From Escherichia phage RB69: a stretch of 64,000 nucleotides of DNA. The stretch is taken from the sequence record NC_004928.1. One strand, 5' to 3'. Shown piece after piece: positions 1 through 9,051 of the stretch. Under the pieces are notes generated by a model. That model searched no databases and was not told the origin of the DNA. It worked only from the letters and a program-made list of their open reading frames with translations. Numbering within the stretch: position 1 is the first letter of the stretch; every line of letters starts with the position of its first letter. A program made the position numbers and the translations under genes.

Positions 1-1
1 T

Positions 2-259
2 CATAGTATTCGTCAGAAATTCGTTGATTGGCAAGGTATTGCAGCAGGACAAGGTAATGAAATTACCGGTGGTAAACCTGCTGAATATAAAAAGTCTGCT
101 ATCGTTCGTCAATTTGCTCGTGATGCTAAAACTGTCACTAAAGAAGTTGAAATTGTTGGCTTGTGGCCTACTAACGTTGGCGAAGTATCTCTTGACTGGG
201 ACAGCAATAACGAGATTGAAACGTTCGAAGTAACTCTTGCTCTTGATTGGTGGGAATAA
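2..259 (+). CDS. 19: tail tube protein gp19, C-terminal part (5' end outside window)
   Basis: Open frame from window edge to TAA at 257-259; hand translation ends ...FEVTLALDWWE, recalled T4 gp19 C-terminus. Confidence 0.8.
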   Translation, partial: HSIRQKFVDWQGIAAGQGNEITGGKPAEYKKSAIVRQFARDAKTVTKEVEIVGLWPTNVGEVSLDWDSNNEIETFEVTLALDWWE

Positions 260-307
260 TCTGGTTGGGGAGAAATCCCCAGCTTCCCGTGATGACGGAG
301 AAGTCCA

Positions 308-315
308 TATAAATA
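308..315 (+). promoter_or_regulatory. late promoter TATAAATA upstream of gene 20
   Basis: Exact TATAAATA about 30 nt upstream of ATG. Confidence 0.6.
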
Positions 316-343
316 TAACTATAATTCCCATTTGGAGAATACA

Positions 344-1915
344 ATGAAATTTAATATCTTAAGTTTGTTTGCTCCATGGGCAAAAATGGACGAACGTGAT
401 TACAAAGACCAAGAAAAAGAAAATTTAGAATCGATCACCTCACCAAAATTAGACGACGGCGCTAAAGAATACGAAGTATCTGAAAATGAAGCACAGCAAA
501 CATATAATGCTATGTTTCAGAGAATGTTCGGTAGCCAAGAACCAGGGCTCAAATCAACGCGTGAATTAATCGATACGTATCGAAATTTGATGACGAACTA
601 TGAAGTGGATAATGCAGTCTCTGAAATAGTTTCCGATGCTATCGTATATGAAGATGATACAGAAGTCGTTTCTATAAATTTAGACAACACAAAATTTAGT
701 CCAAATATCAAATCAATGATGTTGGATGAATTTAACGAAGTGTTAAATCATTTATCTTTCCAACGTAAAGGTTCAGATCATTTTAGACGTTGGTATGTGG
801 ATTCTCGAATTTTCTTCCATAAAATTATTGACCCTAAACGCCCTAAAGAAGGTATTAAAGAGCTTCGTCGTTTAGACCCACGTCAAGTTCAATATGTCCG
901 TGAAGTTATTACAACCACTGAAGCCGGTGTTAAAATAGTCAAGGGTTATAAAGAATATTTCATTTATGACACATCACACGAATCTTATGCTTGTGATGGT
1001 CGCATATATGAAGCTGGCACAAAAATAAAAATCCCTAAAGCCGCGATTGTTTATGCCCATTCTGGTTTAGTTGATTGTTGTGGTAAAAATATCATTGGTT
1101 ATTTGCATCGGGCTATTAAGCCGGCGAACCAATTAAAACTTCTTGAAGATGCCGTCGTAATTTATCGTATTACTCGTGCTCCTGATCGTCGTGTATGGTA
1201 TGTTGATACAGGTAATATGCCTTCAAGAAAAGCAGCAGAACATATGCAACATGTTATGAATACGATGAAAAACCGTATTGCATATGATGCTACCACAGGC
1301 AAGATTAAAAACCAACAGCATATTATGTCGATGACCGAAGATTATTGGTTACAACGACGTGATGGTAAAGCAGTAACAGAAGTTGATACATTACCAGGTG
1401 CAGATAATACTGGAAATATGGAAGATGTACGTTGGTTCCGTAATGCGCTTTATATGGCTTTACGTATTCCTATTACCCGTATTCCAAGTGACCAAGGTGG
1501 TATACAGTTTGATGCTGGTACTTCTATTACACGAGATGAATTGTCATTTGGTAAATTTATTCGTGAGCTGCAACATAAATTTGAAGAGATATTCCTAGAC
1601 CCGCTTAAAACTAATTTAATTCTTAAAGGAATTATTACAGAAGATGAGTGGAACGATGAAATAAATAATATTAAGATAAAATTTCATCGGGATAGTTATT
1701 TCTCGGAATTAAAGGATGCTGAGATTCTGGAGCGTCGAATTAATATGCTTCAGATGGCCGAACCATTTATTGGTAAATATATTTCTCACAGAACAGCTAT
1801 GAAAGATATTCTTCAGATGTCTGACGAGGAAATTGAACAAGAGGCTAAGCAAATTGAAGAAGAGTCGAAAGAGGCTCGTTTCCAAGACCCCGACCAAGAA
1901 CAAGAGGATTTTTAA
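344..1915 (+). CDS. 20: portal vertex protein gp20
   Basis: Track ORF 332..1915; near-identical to recalled T4 gp20; ATG at 344 (MKFNIL) follows GGAG at 334-337, track start at 332 is TTG. Confidence 0.95.
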   Translation: MKFNILSLFAPWAKMDERDYKDQEKENLESITSPKLDDGAKEYEVSENEAQQTYNAMFQRMFGSQEPGLKSTRELIDTYRNLMTNYEVDNAVSEIVSDAIVYEDDTEVVSINLDNTKFSPNIKSMMLDEFNEVLNHLSFQRKGSDHFRRWYVDSRIFFHKIIDPKRPKEGIKELRRLDPRQVQYVREVITTTEAGVKIVKGYKEYFIYDTSHESYACDGRIYEAGTKIKIPKAAIVYAHSGLVDCCGKNIIGYLHRAIKPANQLKLLEDAVVIYRITRAPDRRVWYVDTGNMPSRKAAEHMQHVMNTMKNRIAYDATTGKIKNQQHIMSMTEDYWLQRRDGKAVTEVDTLPGADNTGNMEDVRWFRNALYMALRIPITRIPSDQGGIQFDAGTSITRDELSFGKFIRELQHKFEEIFLDPLKTNLILKGIITEDEWNDEINNIKIKFHRDSYFSELKDAEILERRINMLQMAEPFIGKYISHRTAMKDILQMSDEEIEQEAKQIEEESKEARFQDPDQEQEDF

Positions 1916-2151
1916 TGGACGATTTAATTCAAGCTATTAAATCAAACGACCTCGTTGCTACTCGAAAGTTTTTTGAAAGTGCAATGGCAGAAAAAACGGT
2001 TCGTTTGATTGAAGCACGCAAAGCAGAAATCGCTTCTCAATTTTTGATTGAAGGCGAAGAACCTGAAGAAGAAAAGAAAGCTAAAGCTTCGGAAGACGAC
2101 GCTGATGAAGGCGATGACGACGAAGACGAAGATGATGAGGACGATGAATAA
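1915..2151 (+). CDS. 67: prohead core protein gp67 (acidic C-terminus)
   Basis: 78 aa ORF, start overlaps gp20 stop (TAATG); position and acidic tail as in T4. Confidence 0.85.
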   Translation: MDDLIQAIKSNDLVATRKFFESAMAEKTVRLIEARKAEIASQFLIEGEEPEEEKKAKASEDDADEGDDDEDEDDEDDE

Positions 2152-2576
2152 TGTATCTTATCCCTGAATCTTATGAATTGGTACTCGAAAATGTCGAAGC
2201 ACTTATTCCTGAAGCACAGGGCCGAATCGATGCATTGTCTTCTGCTCTCGATATTGACGATATAAATACTATTATCGAGAACATGCTTGAAACTGAAACG
2301 GATTTAGCTGTTGCAATGGCTTCCATTATTAATGAAGAACAGTTAAATGAGTTTATCGTTAAACATGTTTCTTCTCGTGGTGAAGTCACCCGCACTAAAG
2401 ACCGTAAAACTCGTGAACGTAACGCGTTCCAAACAACCGGTCTTTCTAAAGCAAAACGTAGACAAATCGCTCGTAAGGTCGTTAAAGCTAAAAAAGCTAA
2501 CCCTTCAGGCCAAGTTAAAGGCTTGCGTAAGCGTAAAAAGGCTCTTAAACGTCGTAAAGCATTAGGATTAAGCTAA
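2151..2576 (+). CDS. 68: prohead core protein gp68
   Basis: 141 aa ORF, ATG overlaps upstream stop; basic C-terminus; T4 position. Confidence 0.85.
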   Translation: MYLIPESYELVLENVEALIPEAQGRIDALSSALDIDDINTIIENMLETETDLAVAMASIINEEQLNEFIVKHVSSRGEVTRTKDRKTRERNAFQTTGLSKAKRRQIARKVVKAKKANPSGQVKGLRKRKKALKRRKALGLS

Positions 2577-3217
2577 TGAATAAACCCGAGTTACTTATTG
2601 AAACTTGGGGTCAACCCGGTGAGATTATTGATGGCGTTCCAATGTTGGAATCTCATGATGGAAAAGATTCTGGCTTAAAACCAGGGCTTTATATAGAAGG
2701 TATTTTTCTTCAGGCAGAGGTTGTTAACCGAAATAAACGTTTATATCCTAAACGCGTTTTGGAAAAAGCAGTAAGTGACTATATTAAAGAACAAGTCGCA
2801 ACCAAACAAGCCCTTGGAGAATTAAACCATCCACCTCGCGCAAATGTTGACCCTATGCAAGCCGCTATCATTATTGAAGATATGTGGTGGAAAGGAAACG
2901 ATGTATATGGACGCGCTAGAATTATTGAAGGCGACCATGGTCCCGGCGATAAATTAGCTGCTAATATACGAGCTGGTTGGATTCCAGGTGTTTCCTCTCG
3001 TGGTCTTGGTTCTTTAACCGACACCAATAAAGGGTACCGTATCGTGAACGAAGGATTTAAATTAACCGTCGGCGTAGATGCCGTATGGGGACCTTCTGCT
3101 CCAGATGCTTGGGTTACTCCTAAACAAATATCAGAATCAGAAAATTCGGTGGAAATCACCAAAAACAGTGCTGACGAAGCATTTAAAGCTCTCGCAGAGA
3201 GTTTAAAAGCATTATAA
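2576..3217 (+). CDS. 21: prohead core protease gp21
   Basis: 213 aa ORF; T4 gp21 similarity and gene order. Confidence 0.92.
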   Translation: MNKPELLIETWGQPGEIIDGVPMLESHDGKDSGLKPGLYIEGIFLQAEVVNRNKRLYPKRVLEKAVSDYIKEQVATKQALGELNHPPRANVDPMQAAIIIEDMWWKGNDVYGRARIIEGDHGPGDKLAANIRAGWIPGVSSRGLGSLTDTNKGYRIVNEGFKLTVGVDAVWGPSAPDAWVTPKQISESENSVEITKNSADEAFKALAESLKAL

Positions 3218-3220
3218 ATA
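3213..3220 (+). promoter_or_regulatory. late promoter TATAAATA upstream of gene 22
   Basis: Exact TATAAATA. Confidence 0.6.
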
Positions 3221-3250
3221 ATAATGTAATCTAAACCACAGGACACTAAA

Positions 3251-4063
3251 ATGATCAAAAGAACAATTTTGAAAGAAGCTCAGAATATCGAGACTTCAGT
3301 TGCTCTTAATAGTGTTTTCGAATCAGTAGAACTGTCTCCGGACGTTAAAGCTAATTTCAGCACTGTATTCGAAGCCACCGTTAAGCAGGAAGCAGTCAAA
3401 CTGGCTGAATCTCATATCAAAGCCATCGCCGAAAAAGCCGAAGAAGAAGTTGAAAAGGCTAAAGAAGATGCTGAAGAGAAAGCTGATAAAAAATTGGCTG
3501 AACAAGCTTCTAAATTCCTGGACCATCTTGCAAAAGAATGGCTCGCAGAAAACCAAATCGCAGTTGATAAAGGCATTAAAGCTGATTTGTTCGAATCCAT
3601 GCTTGGTGGTCTGAAAGAACTGTTTGTTGAACATAACGTTGTTGTTCCAGAAGAATCTGTAGATGTTGTAGCAGAAATGGAAGAAGAGCTGGCCGAACAT
3701 AAAGAAGAAACCGCTCGTTTGTTCGAAGAAGTTACCAAACGTGATGCATATATCAATTACGTTCAGCGTGAAACCGCTATTAATGAAAGCGTGAAAGACC
3801 TGACTGAATCTCAGAAAGAAAAAGTTATTGGCCTGGTTGAAGGTATGGATTATTCTGACGCATTTGGTACTAAGTTAACTGCTATTGTAGAAATGGTTAA
3901 AGGTTCTACTAAAGAAGAAGCCGCTATTACCGAAAGTATAAATACAGTTGACAATGACGCTGCCGGTCTTAATTTTGTTGCCGAAGCAGTTGACACTACC
4001 ACAACTCAGGTAGAACAGAATTCTAATGTAAGTTTATATGCGAAAGTCGCATCTCGTTTCTAA
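3251..4063 (+). CDS. 22: prohead scaffolding core protein gp22
   Basis: 270 aa, acidic coiled-coil-like; TATAAATA late promoter at 3213-3220. Confidence 0.92.
   Translation: MIKRTILKEAQNIETSVALNSVFESVELSPDVKANFSTVFEATVKQEAVKLAESHIKAIAEKAEEEVEKAKEDAEEKADKKLAEQASKFLDHLAKEWLAENQIAVDKGIKADLFESMLGGLKELFVEHNVVVPEESVDVVAEMEEELAEHKEETARLFEEVTKRDAYINYVQRETAINESVKDLTESQKEKVIGLVEGMDYSDAFGTKLTAIVEMVKGSTKEEAAITESINTVDNDAAGLNFVAEAVDTTTTQVEQNSNVSLYAKVASRF
3937..3944 (+). promoter_or_regulatory. possible late promoter for gene 23, inside 3' end of gene 22
   Basis: Exact TATAAATA about 140 nt upstream of gene 23 start. Confidence 0.4.
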
Positions 4064-4080
4064 TTTAAAGGTTAACACAA

Positions 4081-5649
4081 ATGACTACTATCAAAACTAA
4101 AGCTCAGCTCGTAGACAAATGGAAAGAACTGCTGGAAGGTGAAGGCCTGCCGGAAATCGCTAATAGCAAGCAGGCTATTATCGCTAAAATCTTCGAAAAC
4201 CAGGAAAAAGATTTCGAAGTATCCCCTGAATATAAAGACGAGAAAATCGCTCAGGCATTTGGTTCTTTCTTGACCGAAGCTGAAATTGGTGGTGACCACG
4301 GTTATAATGCTCAGAACATCGCAGCAGGTCAAACCTCTGGTGCAGTAACCCAGATTGGGCCGGCAGTTATGGGTATGGTTCGTCGTGCTATTCCTAATCT
4401 GATCGCTTTTGATATTTGTGGTGTTCAGCCTATGAACAGCCCTACCGGTCAGGTATTTGCTCTCCGTGCAGTATATGGTAAAGACCCTATCGCTGCTGGC
4501 GCTAAAGAAGCTTTCCATCCGATGTATGCTCCGGATGCAATGTTCTCTGGTCAGGGCGCTGCTAAGAAATTCCCAGCGCTGGCTGCTAGCACACAAACTA
4601 AAGTAGGTGATATCTATACTCACTTCTTCCAGGAAACTGGTACTGTATATCTGCAAGCTTCTGCTCAAGTAACAATTAGTTCAAGTGCTGATGATGCAGC
4701 TAAATTAGATGCAGAAATTATCAAACAAATGGAAGCTGGCGCACTGGTAGAAATCGCTGAAGGTATGGCTACTTCTATCGCTGAACTTCAGGAAGGCTTC
4801 AATGGTTCTACCGACAACCCGTGGAACGAAATGGGCTTCCGTATCGACAAACAAGTTATTGAAGCTAAATCTCGTCAGCTGAAAGCAGCTTACTCCATCG
4901 AATTGGCACAAGACCTCCGTGCAGTACACGGTATGGATGCTGATGCTGAACTGAGCGGTATTCTTGCTACTGAAATTATGCTGGAAATCAACCGTGAAGT
5001 TGTTGACTGGATTAACTACTCCGCTCAGGTTGGTAAATCTGGTATGACTAATATCGTTGGTTCTAAAGCTGGTGTATTTGACTTCCAAGACCCGATTGAT
5101 ATTCGTGGTGCTCGTTGGGCCGGTGAAAGCTTTAAAGCTCTGTTGTTCCAGATTGATAAAGAAGCAGTTGAAATTGCTCGTCAAACCGGTCGTGGTGAAG
5201 GCAACTTTATTATCGCTTCCCGTAACGTAGTTAACGTACTGGCATCAGTCGATACTGGTATTTCTTACGCTGCACAGGGTCTGGCTTCTGGTTTTAATAC
5301 CGACACTACTAAGTCTGTATTTGCCGGTGTACTTGGTGGTAAATACCGCGTATACATCGACCAGTATGCTAAACAGGATTACTTCACTGTTGGTTATAAA
5401 GGCGCTAACGAAATGGATGCAGGTATTTACTACGCTCCTTACGTTGCACTTACCCCACTGCGTGGTTCCGATCCTAAGAACTTCCAGCCGGTAATGGGCT
5501 TTAAAACTCGTTATGGTATCGGTGTTAACCCGTTTGCTGAAAGTTCCCTGCAGGCTCCAGGTGCTCGCATCCAGTCCGGTATGCCGTCTATCCTGAACAG
5601 CCTTGGTAAGAACGCTTACTTCCGCCGTGTATATGTAAAAGGCATCTAA
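4081..5649 (+). CDS. 23: major capsid protein gp23
   Basis: 522 aa, near-identical to recalled T4 gp23 along whole length. Confidence 0.98.
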   Translation: MTTIKTKAQLVDKWKELLEGEGLPEIANSKQAIIAKIFENQEKDFEVSPEYKDEKIAQAFGSFLTEAEIGGDHGYNAQNIAAGQTSGAVTQIGPAVMGMVRRAIPNLIAFDICGVQPMNSPTGQVFALRAVYGKDPIAAGAKEAFHPMYAPDAMFSGQGAAKKFPALAASTQTKVGDIYTHFFQETGTVYLQASAQVTISSSADDAAKLDAEIIKQMEAGALVEIAEGMATSIAELQEGFNGSTDNPWNEMGFRIDKQVIEAKSRQLKAAYSIELAQDLRAVHGMDADAELSGILATEIMLEINREVVDWINYSAQVGKSGMTNIVGSKAGVFDFQDPIDIRGARWAGESFKALLFQIDKEAVEIARQTGRGEGNFIIASRNVVNVLASVDTGISYAAQGLASGFNTDTTKSVFAGVLGGKYRVYIDQYAKQDYFTVGYKGANEMDAGIYYAPYVALTPLRGSDPKNFQPVMGFKTRYGIGVNPFAESSLQAPGARIQSGMPSILNSLGKNAYFRRVYVKGI

Positions 5650-5673
5650 TCTTAATTGATTAAATCTTATTTT

Positions 5674-5699
5674 GGGAGACTTCGGTCTCCCATTTTTGG
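5674..5699 (+). terminator. rho-independent terminator after gene 23, C(UUCG)G hairpin plus T-run
   Basis: gggagac-ttcg-gtctccc followed by ttttt. Confidence 0.75.
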
Positions 5700-5730
5700 T
5701 TTTATTTCTGCGCAATTTCGATGTAAGTTT

Positions 5731-5971
5731 TCAAAATATTTTGCCAATTAGGCATACCTTCTGAACATATGCCGGAGAACCGTCTTTATTTTTGAATGAT
5801 GCAAGTTTATCAGTGGCCCAATAACCTTTAGTTCGAGCTTCAGAATCAACTTTCATCCATACTTTGTTGAAGGCATTACCATTAACTTTTGCACCATATT
5901 TTTGTACTTTCGGTTACAGATCCAGCTTCCAGAACTTTTACAGTATCTCGTAAGAAACGTGCTTTAGTCAT
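5731..5971 (-). pseudogene. small ORF interrupted by a 1-nt frameshift at an A5 run (about 79 codons if corrected)
   Basis: Hand translation of minus strand: MTKARFLRDTVKVLEAGSVTESTK then stop; adjacent frame continues ...YGAKVNGNAFNKVWMKVDSEARTKGYWATDKLASFKNKDGSPAYVQKVCLIGKIF*. Confidence 0.45.
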
Positions 5972-6037
5972 TTTGTTTACTCCTCTGCAGCTGATAAGTC
6001 GATAGTATCACATACCAAATACGTTGTAAACAATCTT

Positions 6038-6045
6038 TATAAATA
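6038..6045 (+). promoter_or_regulatory. late promoter TATAAATA upstream of gene 24
   Basis: Exact TATAAATA. Confidence 0.6.
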
Positions 6046-6072
6046 ATCTATATCACATAAGGGAAAAATGCA

Positions 6073-7356
6073 ATGAGTAAAATCCAAAAATTATCGCGTG
6101 AATCTACAACGTCTACCAGCAACTCAATTGGTCGCCCAAATCTCGTTGCTTTGACTCGCGCTACGACTAAATTAATATATTCTGACATCGTAGCAACACA
6201 AAGAACTAATCAACCTGTTGCTGCTTTTTATGGTATCAAATATCTTAACCCAGATAACGAATTCACATTTAAAACTGGTGCTACTTATGCTGGCGAAGCT
6301 GGATATGTAGACCGAGAAAAAATTACTGAGCTCACAGAAGAATCAAAAGCCACACTAAATAAAGGCGATTTTTTCAAATATAATAATATCGTCTATAAAG
6401 TGTTAGAAGATACACCATTTGCAGATATTCAAGAAAGTGATCTAGAATTAGCTCTTCAGATTGCAGTCGTTCATTTAAAGGTACGGTTGTTTTCAGATGC
6501 AGCGGTAACAAGCAAATTTGAAAGCTCTGGTAGCGAAATTTCTGATGCAAGATTCCAGATTAATAAATGGCAAACTTCAGTCAAATCTCGTAAACTTAAA
6601 ACCGGCCTCACGGTTGAATTAGCGCAAGATTTGGAAGCGAATGGATTTGATGCCCCTAACTTCTTAGAAGATTTGCTTGCAACTGAAATGGCTGATGAAA
6701 TTAATAAAGATATTCTTCAGTCTTTAATTACTGTATCGAAACGTTATAAAGTTACTGGAATTACTGACACCGGATTTATTGACTTGAGCTATGCATCCGC
6801 TCCAGAAGCAGGTCGTTCGTTATATCGAATGGTGTGTGAAATGGTATCACACATTCAAAAAGAGTCAACTTATACTGCGACGTTTTGTGTAGCTTCAGCT
6901 CGTGCAGCTGCTATTCTTGCTGCTTCCGGTTGGTTAAAACATAAACCAGAAGATGATAAGTATCTTTCACAAAATGCTTACGGGTTCTTAGCTAATGGTT
7001 TACCGCTTTATTGCGATACTAACAGTCCATTAGATTATGTGATCGTTGGCGTAGTAGAAAATATCGGTGAAAAAGAAATTGTTGGATCAATTTTCTATGC
7101 TCCGTATACAGAAGGTCTCGACTTAGATGACCCGGAACATGTTGGTGCATTTAAAGTTGTAGTTGATCCAGAAAGCTTGCAACCGTCTATTGGTTTATTG
7201 GTTAGATACGCTTTATCAGCAAATCCTTACACAGTAGCAAAAGACGAAAAAGAAGCGAGAATAATTGATGGCGGGGACATGGATAAAATGGCAGGACGTT
7301 CAGACTTGTCTGTTTTACTCGGTGTTAAATTGCCTAAAATTATTATAGATGAATAA
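6073..7356 (+). CDS. 24: capsid vertex protein gp24
   Basis: 427 aa, near-identical to recalled T4 gp24; TATAAATA at 6038-6045. Confidence 0.97.
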   Translation: MSKIQKLSRESTTSTSNSIGRPNLVALTRATTKLIYSDIVATQRTNQPVAAFYGIKYLNPDNEFTFKTGATYAGEAGYVDREKITELTEESKATLNKGDFFKYNNIVYKVLEDTPFADIQESDLELALQIAVVHLKVRLFSDAAVTSKFESSGSEISDARFQINKWQTSVKSRKLKTGLTVELAQDLEANGFDAPNFLEDLLATEMADEINKDILQSLITVSKRYKVTGITDTGFIDLSYASAPEAGRSLYRMVCEMVSHIQKESTYTATFCVASARAAAILAASGWLKHKPEDDKYLSQNAYGFLANGLPLYCDTNSPLDYVIVGVVENIGEKEIVGSIFYAPYTEGLDLDDPEHVGAFKVVVDPESLQPSIGLLVRYALSANPYTVAKDEKEARIIDGGDMDKMAGRSDLSVLLGVKLPKIIIDE

Positions 7357-7359
7357 ACA

Positions 7360-7388
7360 AAAAAAGGGACCTTACGGTCCCTTTTTTC
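7360..7388. terminator. bidirectional terminator between gene 24 and rnlB
   Basis: aaaaaa-gggacc-ttac-ggtccc-tttttt between convergent genes. Confidence 0.75.
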
Positions 7389-7389
7389 G

Positions 7390-8388
7390 TTATGATACTA
7401 ATTCAATCCATGCAGGACGCAGAACATCTTGCACCATTCGGACTAATTCTTTCTTAACAAGATTCGGATTATCAGATGTTGTTAATACAATACCTTCACG
7501 AGAAGTTTCTTCCAGAATATCTTGAACAGTCAATCCCATCACTTTGCCAAAATCTTTTGGCGTTACAGTCCCAATCTTAGAAATAACATTATTAACACGA
7601 TTTAATGTAACATAACAAGCTAGAACATCAAGCAAGTTTTTGTCAATTTCGGTTAATGGAACCTGAGTTTTAATAGGCTTATCAGACTTTTTCTTTTCAC
7701 TGAATTTAGAGTTCTTGCACTTAATCGCTACACGAGTACCGTTTGGCAGCCATTTAGGGAAACAAGGCTTCAGAACATAACCTTCTGCAGTATTATCACC
7801 AATAACATTAGCATCAAATACACAATTATTTGCTTCTACAAGGTCTTCTGACGCAGTAGCATTATAAGCGGCTAAAACGGAATCAAGGTCATTTGGAATC
7901 ATGATAAGAGAATCAAATGTTCCACGACCAAGCATTGGTGCCATTTTAAAACCGAATTCATTACAGAAATCTTGCATTTCGTAATCGGTCAAATACGTAT
8001 TATCACCACTTTCTGTATTGATAAGGATATCGAACACATAAAAATCTTTTTCACCGTAGTCAACACCTTTCTGGATTCCACCACCAGCGAATTCACCGAA
8101 TACTTGATATGATACGGCTCGAGCTGTGTACATGAATTTCTGAACGGTTTTAATAGCTTTATCATACTTCTTGAGTACGATTTCATAACCATAAAAATCT
8201 TCTGCTGGAAGAATAGGGCCTGTGCGCTTGGCGCATGTGACGTTGTCACGTTCAATTATTAACGAGAAGTTGGTCCCATGGATTTTCTCACGTGCTACCC
8301 AAACACCAGTAGTCAAACCATTAGTGTAGAGTTTTTCAATAAACTTAGAGTTGTAGTGGTTTTCAAGACTGCTGTATTTCTTAAACAT
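7390..8388 (-). CDS. rnlB: RNA ligase 2
   Basis: 332 aa; N-terminus [16 protein letters not shown] and KIHGTN ligase motif I as in T4 Rnl2. Confidence 0.93.
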   Translation of the reverse strand: MFKKYSSLENHYNSKFIEKLYTNGLTTGVWVAREKIHGTNFSLIIERDNVTCAKRTGPILPAEDFYGYEIVLKKYDKAIKTVQKFMYTARAVSYQVFGEFAGGGIQKGVDYGEKDFYVFDILINTESGDNTYLTDYEMQDFCNEFGFKMAPMLGRGTFDSLIMIPNDLDSVLAAYNATASEDLVEANNCVFDANVIGDNTAEGYVLKPCFPKWLPNGTRVAIKCKNSKFSEKKKSDKPIKTQVPLTEIDKNLLDVLACYVTLNRVNNVISKIGTVTPKDFGKVMGLTVQDILEETSREGIVLTTSDNPNLVKKELVRMVQDVLRPAWIELVS

Positions 8389-8507
8389 AAATCACCATTA
8401 TAAATAATAATATCAAAATAATTAGCAGAGACTCTATCTCCGACCCGATGTTTAATTTGAATGGATAGAACCTAGATTCATTATACCATCAAAAAATGTA
8501 AAGCATA

Positions 8508-8759
8508 TTAGAACTTGATTTCTATCCAATGACCATCACGTTGGTCGTGATTAATTTTGTACTGAAAGCCGTTATCACGAAGCCATTGACCGACTTGTTC
8601 AGTTATAGTTAAATCGTTCTTTGACGGGTAGTACGTGAATTGTGTCTGACCTTTGTCAGCGGCTTTCTCTGCCATCGCAGAGAAGTTAGTAATAAAATCA
8701 CTCAACAAATTAGCTTTAGTGGCCAGAGCCCTTTCTCTTAATTCCTGTGCAAAACTCAT
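8508..8759 (-). CDS. hypothetical protein (24.2-like by position)
   Basis: 83 aa ORF, overlaps upstream stop, T4-like position. Confidence 0.6.
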   Translation of the reverse strand: MSFAQELRERALATKANLLSDFITNFSAMAEKAADKGQTQFTYYPSKNDLTITEQVGQWLRDNGFQYKINHDQRDGHWIEIKF

Positions 8760-8956
8760 TTCTTCACCTTTTTGTTAATCAAACGTTTACGGTATACAAC
8801 TTTTTCTTTTGCTTTAAACTTTGACCGAGCTGTCTCGGCTTTAGTCCATAGTAATCCAACTTCTTTAGGTTGTAAACCGATTTTTTGAGCAATTTCTACG
8901 AATGAAAATCCCGCCTCATGTAATGTATAAACTTCAACTTCAGCTCTCATAATCAA
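8756..8956 (-). CDS. hypothetical protein (24.3-like by position)
   Basis: 66 aa ORF between hoc and 24.2. Confidence 0.55.
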   Translation of the reverse strand: MIMRAEVEVYTLHEAGFSFVEIAQKIGLQPKEVGLLWTKAETARSKFKAKEKVVYRKRLINKKVKK

Positions 8957-9010
8957 TCCCGTATTATTTGGTTTGTGCCATTATATACATCAATCTCACG
9001 TTGTGTTTTG

Positions 9011-9046
9011 TATGCTTTAAAAACGAAGAAAGGGGCCGAAGCCCCT
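9011..9046 (-). terminator. terminator hairpin downstream of hoc
   Basis: ggggc-ttcg-gcccc on minus strand followed by T-rich tract. Confidence 0.6.
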
Positions 9047-9051
9047 TACGA

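Noticed and set aside
332-343. N-terminal extensions in track ORFs (gp20 MENT-, gp38 MEVY-, holin MGGN-, uvsY, alc, denB and others)
   Set aside because: The extensions start at non-ATG or unsupported codons; internal ATGs have proper RBS spacing and match T4 N-termini.
1383-1598. Same-strand alternative-frame ORF (71 aa) inside gene 20
   Set aside because: Leu/Val-rich out-of-frame translation; gp20 frame is conserved throughout this region, so no frameshift here.
3323-3756. Minus-strand ORFs of 125 and 114 aa inside gene 22
   Set aside because: Antisense to a well-supported structural gene; low-complexity (F/S-rich) translation; typical shadow ORFs.
4072-5715. Minus-strand ORFs (198, 159, 156 aa) overlapping gene 23
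   Set aside because: Antisense to the major capsid gene, which matches T4 gp23 along its whole length; Cys/Phe/Ser-rich junk-like composition.
8399-8406. TATAAATA on plus strand in the rnlB upstream region
   Set aside because: Would direct transcription antisense to the 24.2/24.3 genes; likely a chance match in AT-rich intergenic DNA.
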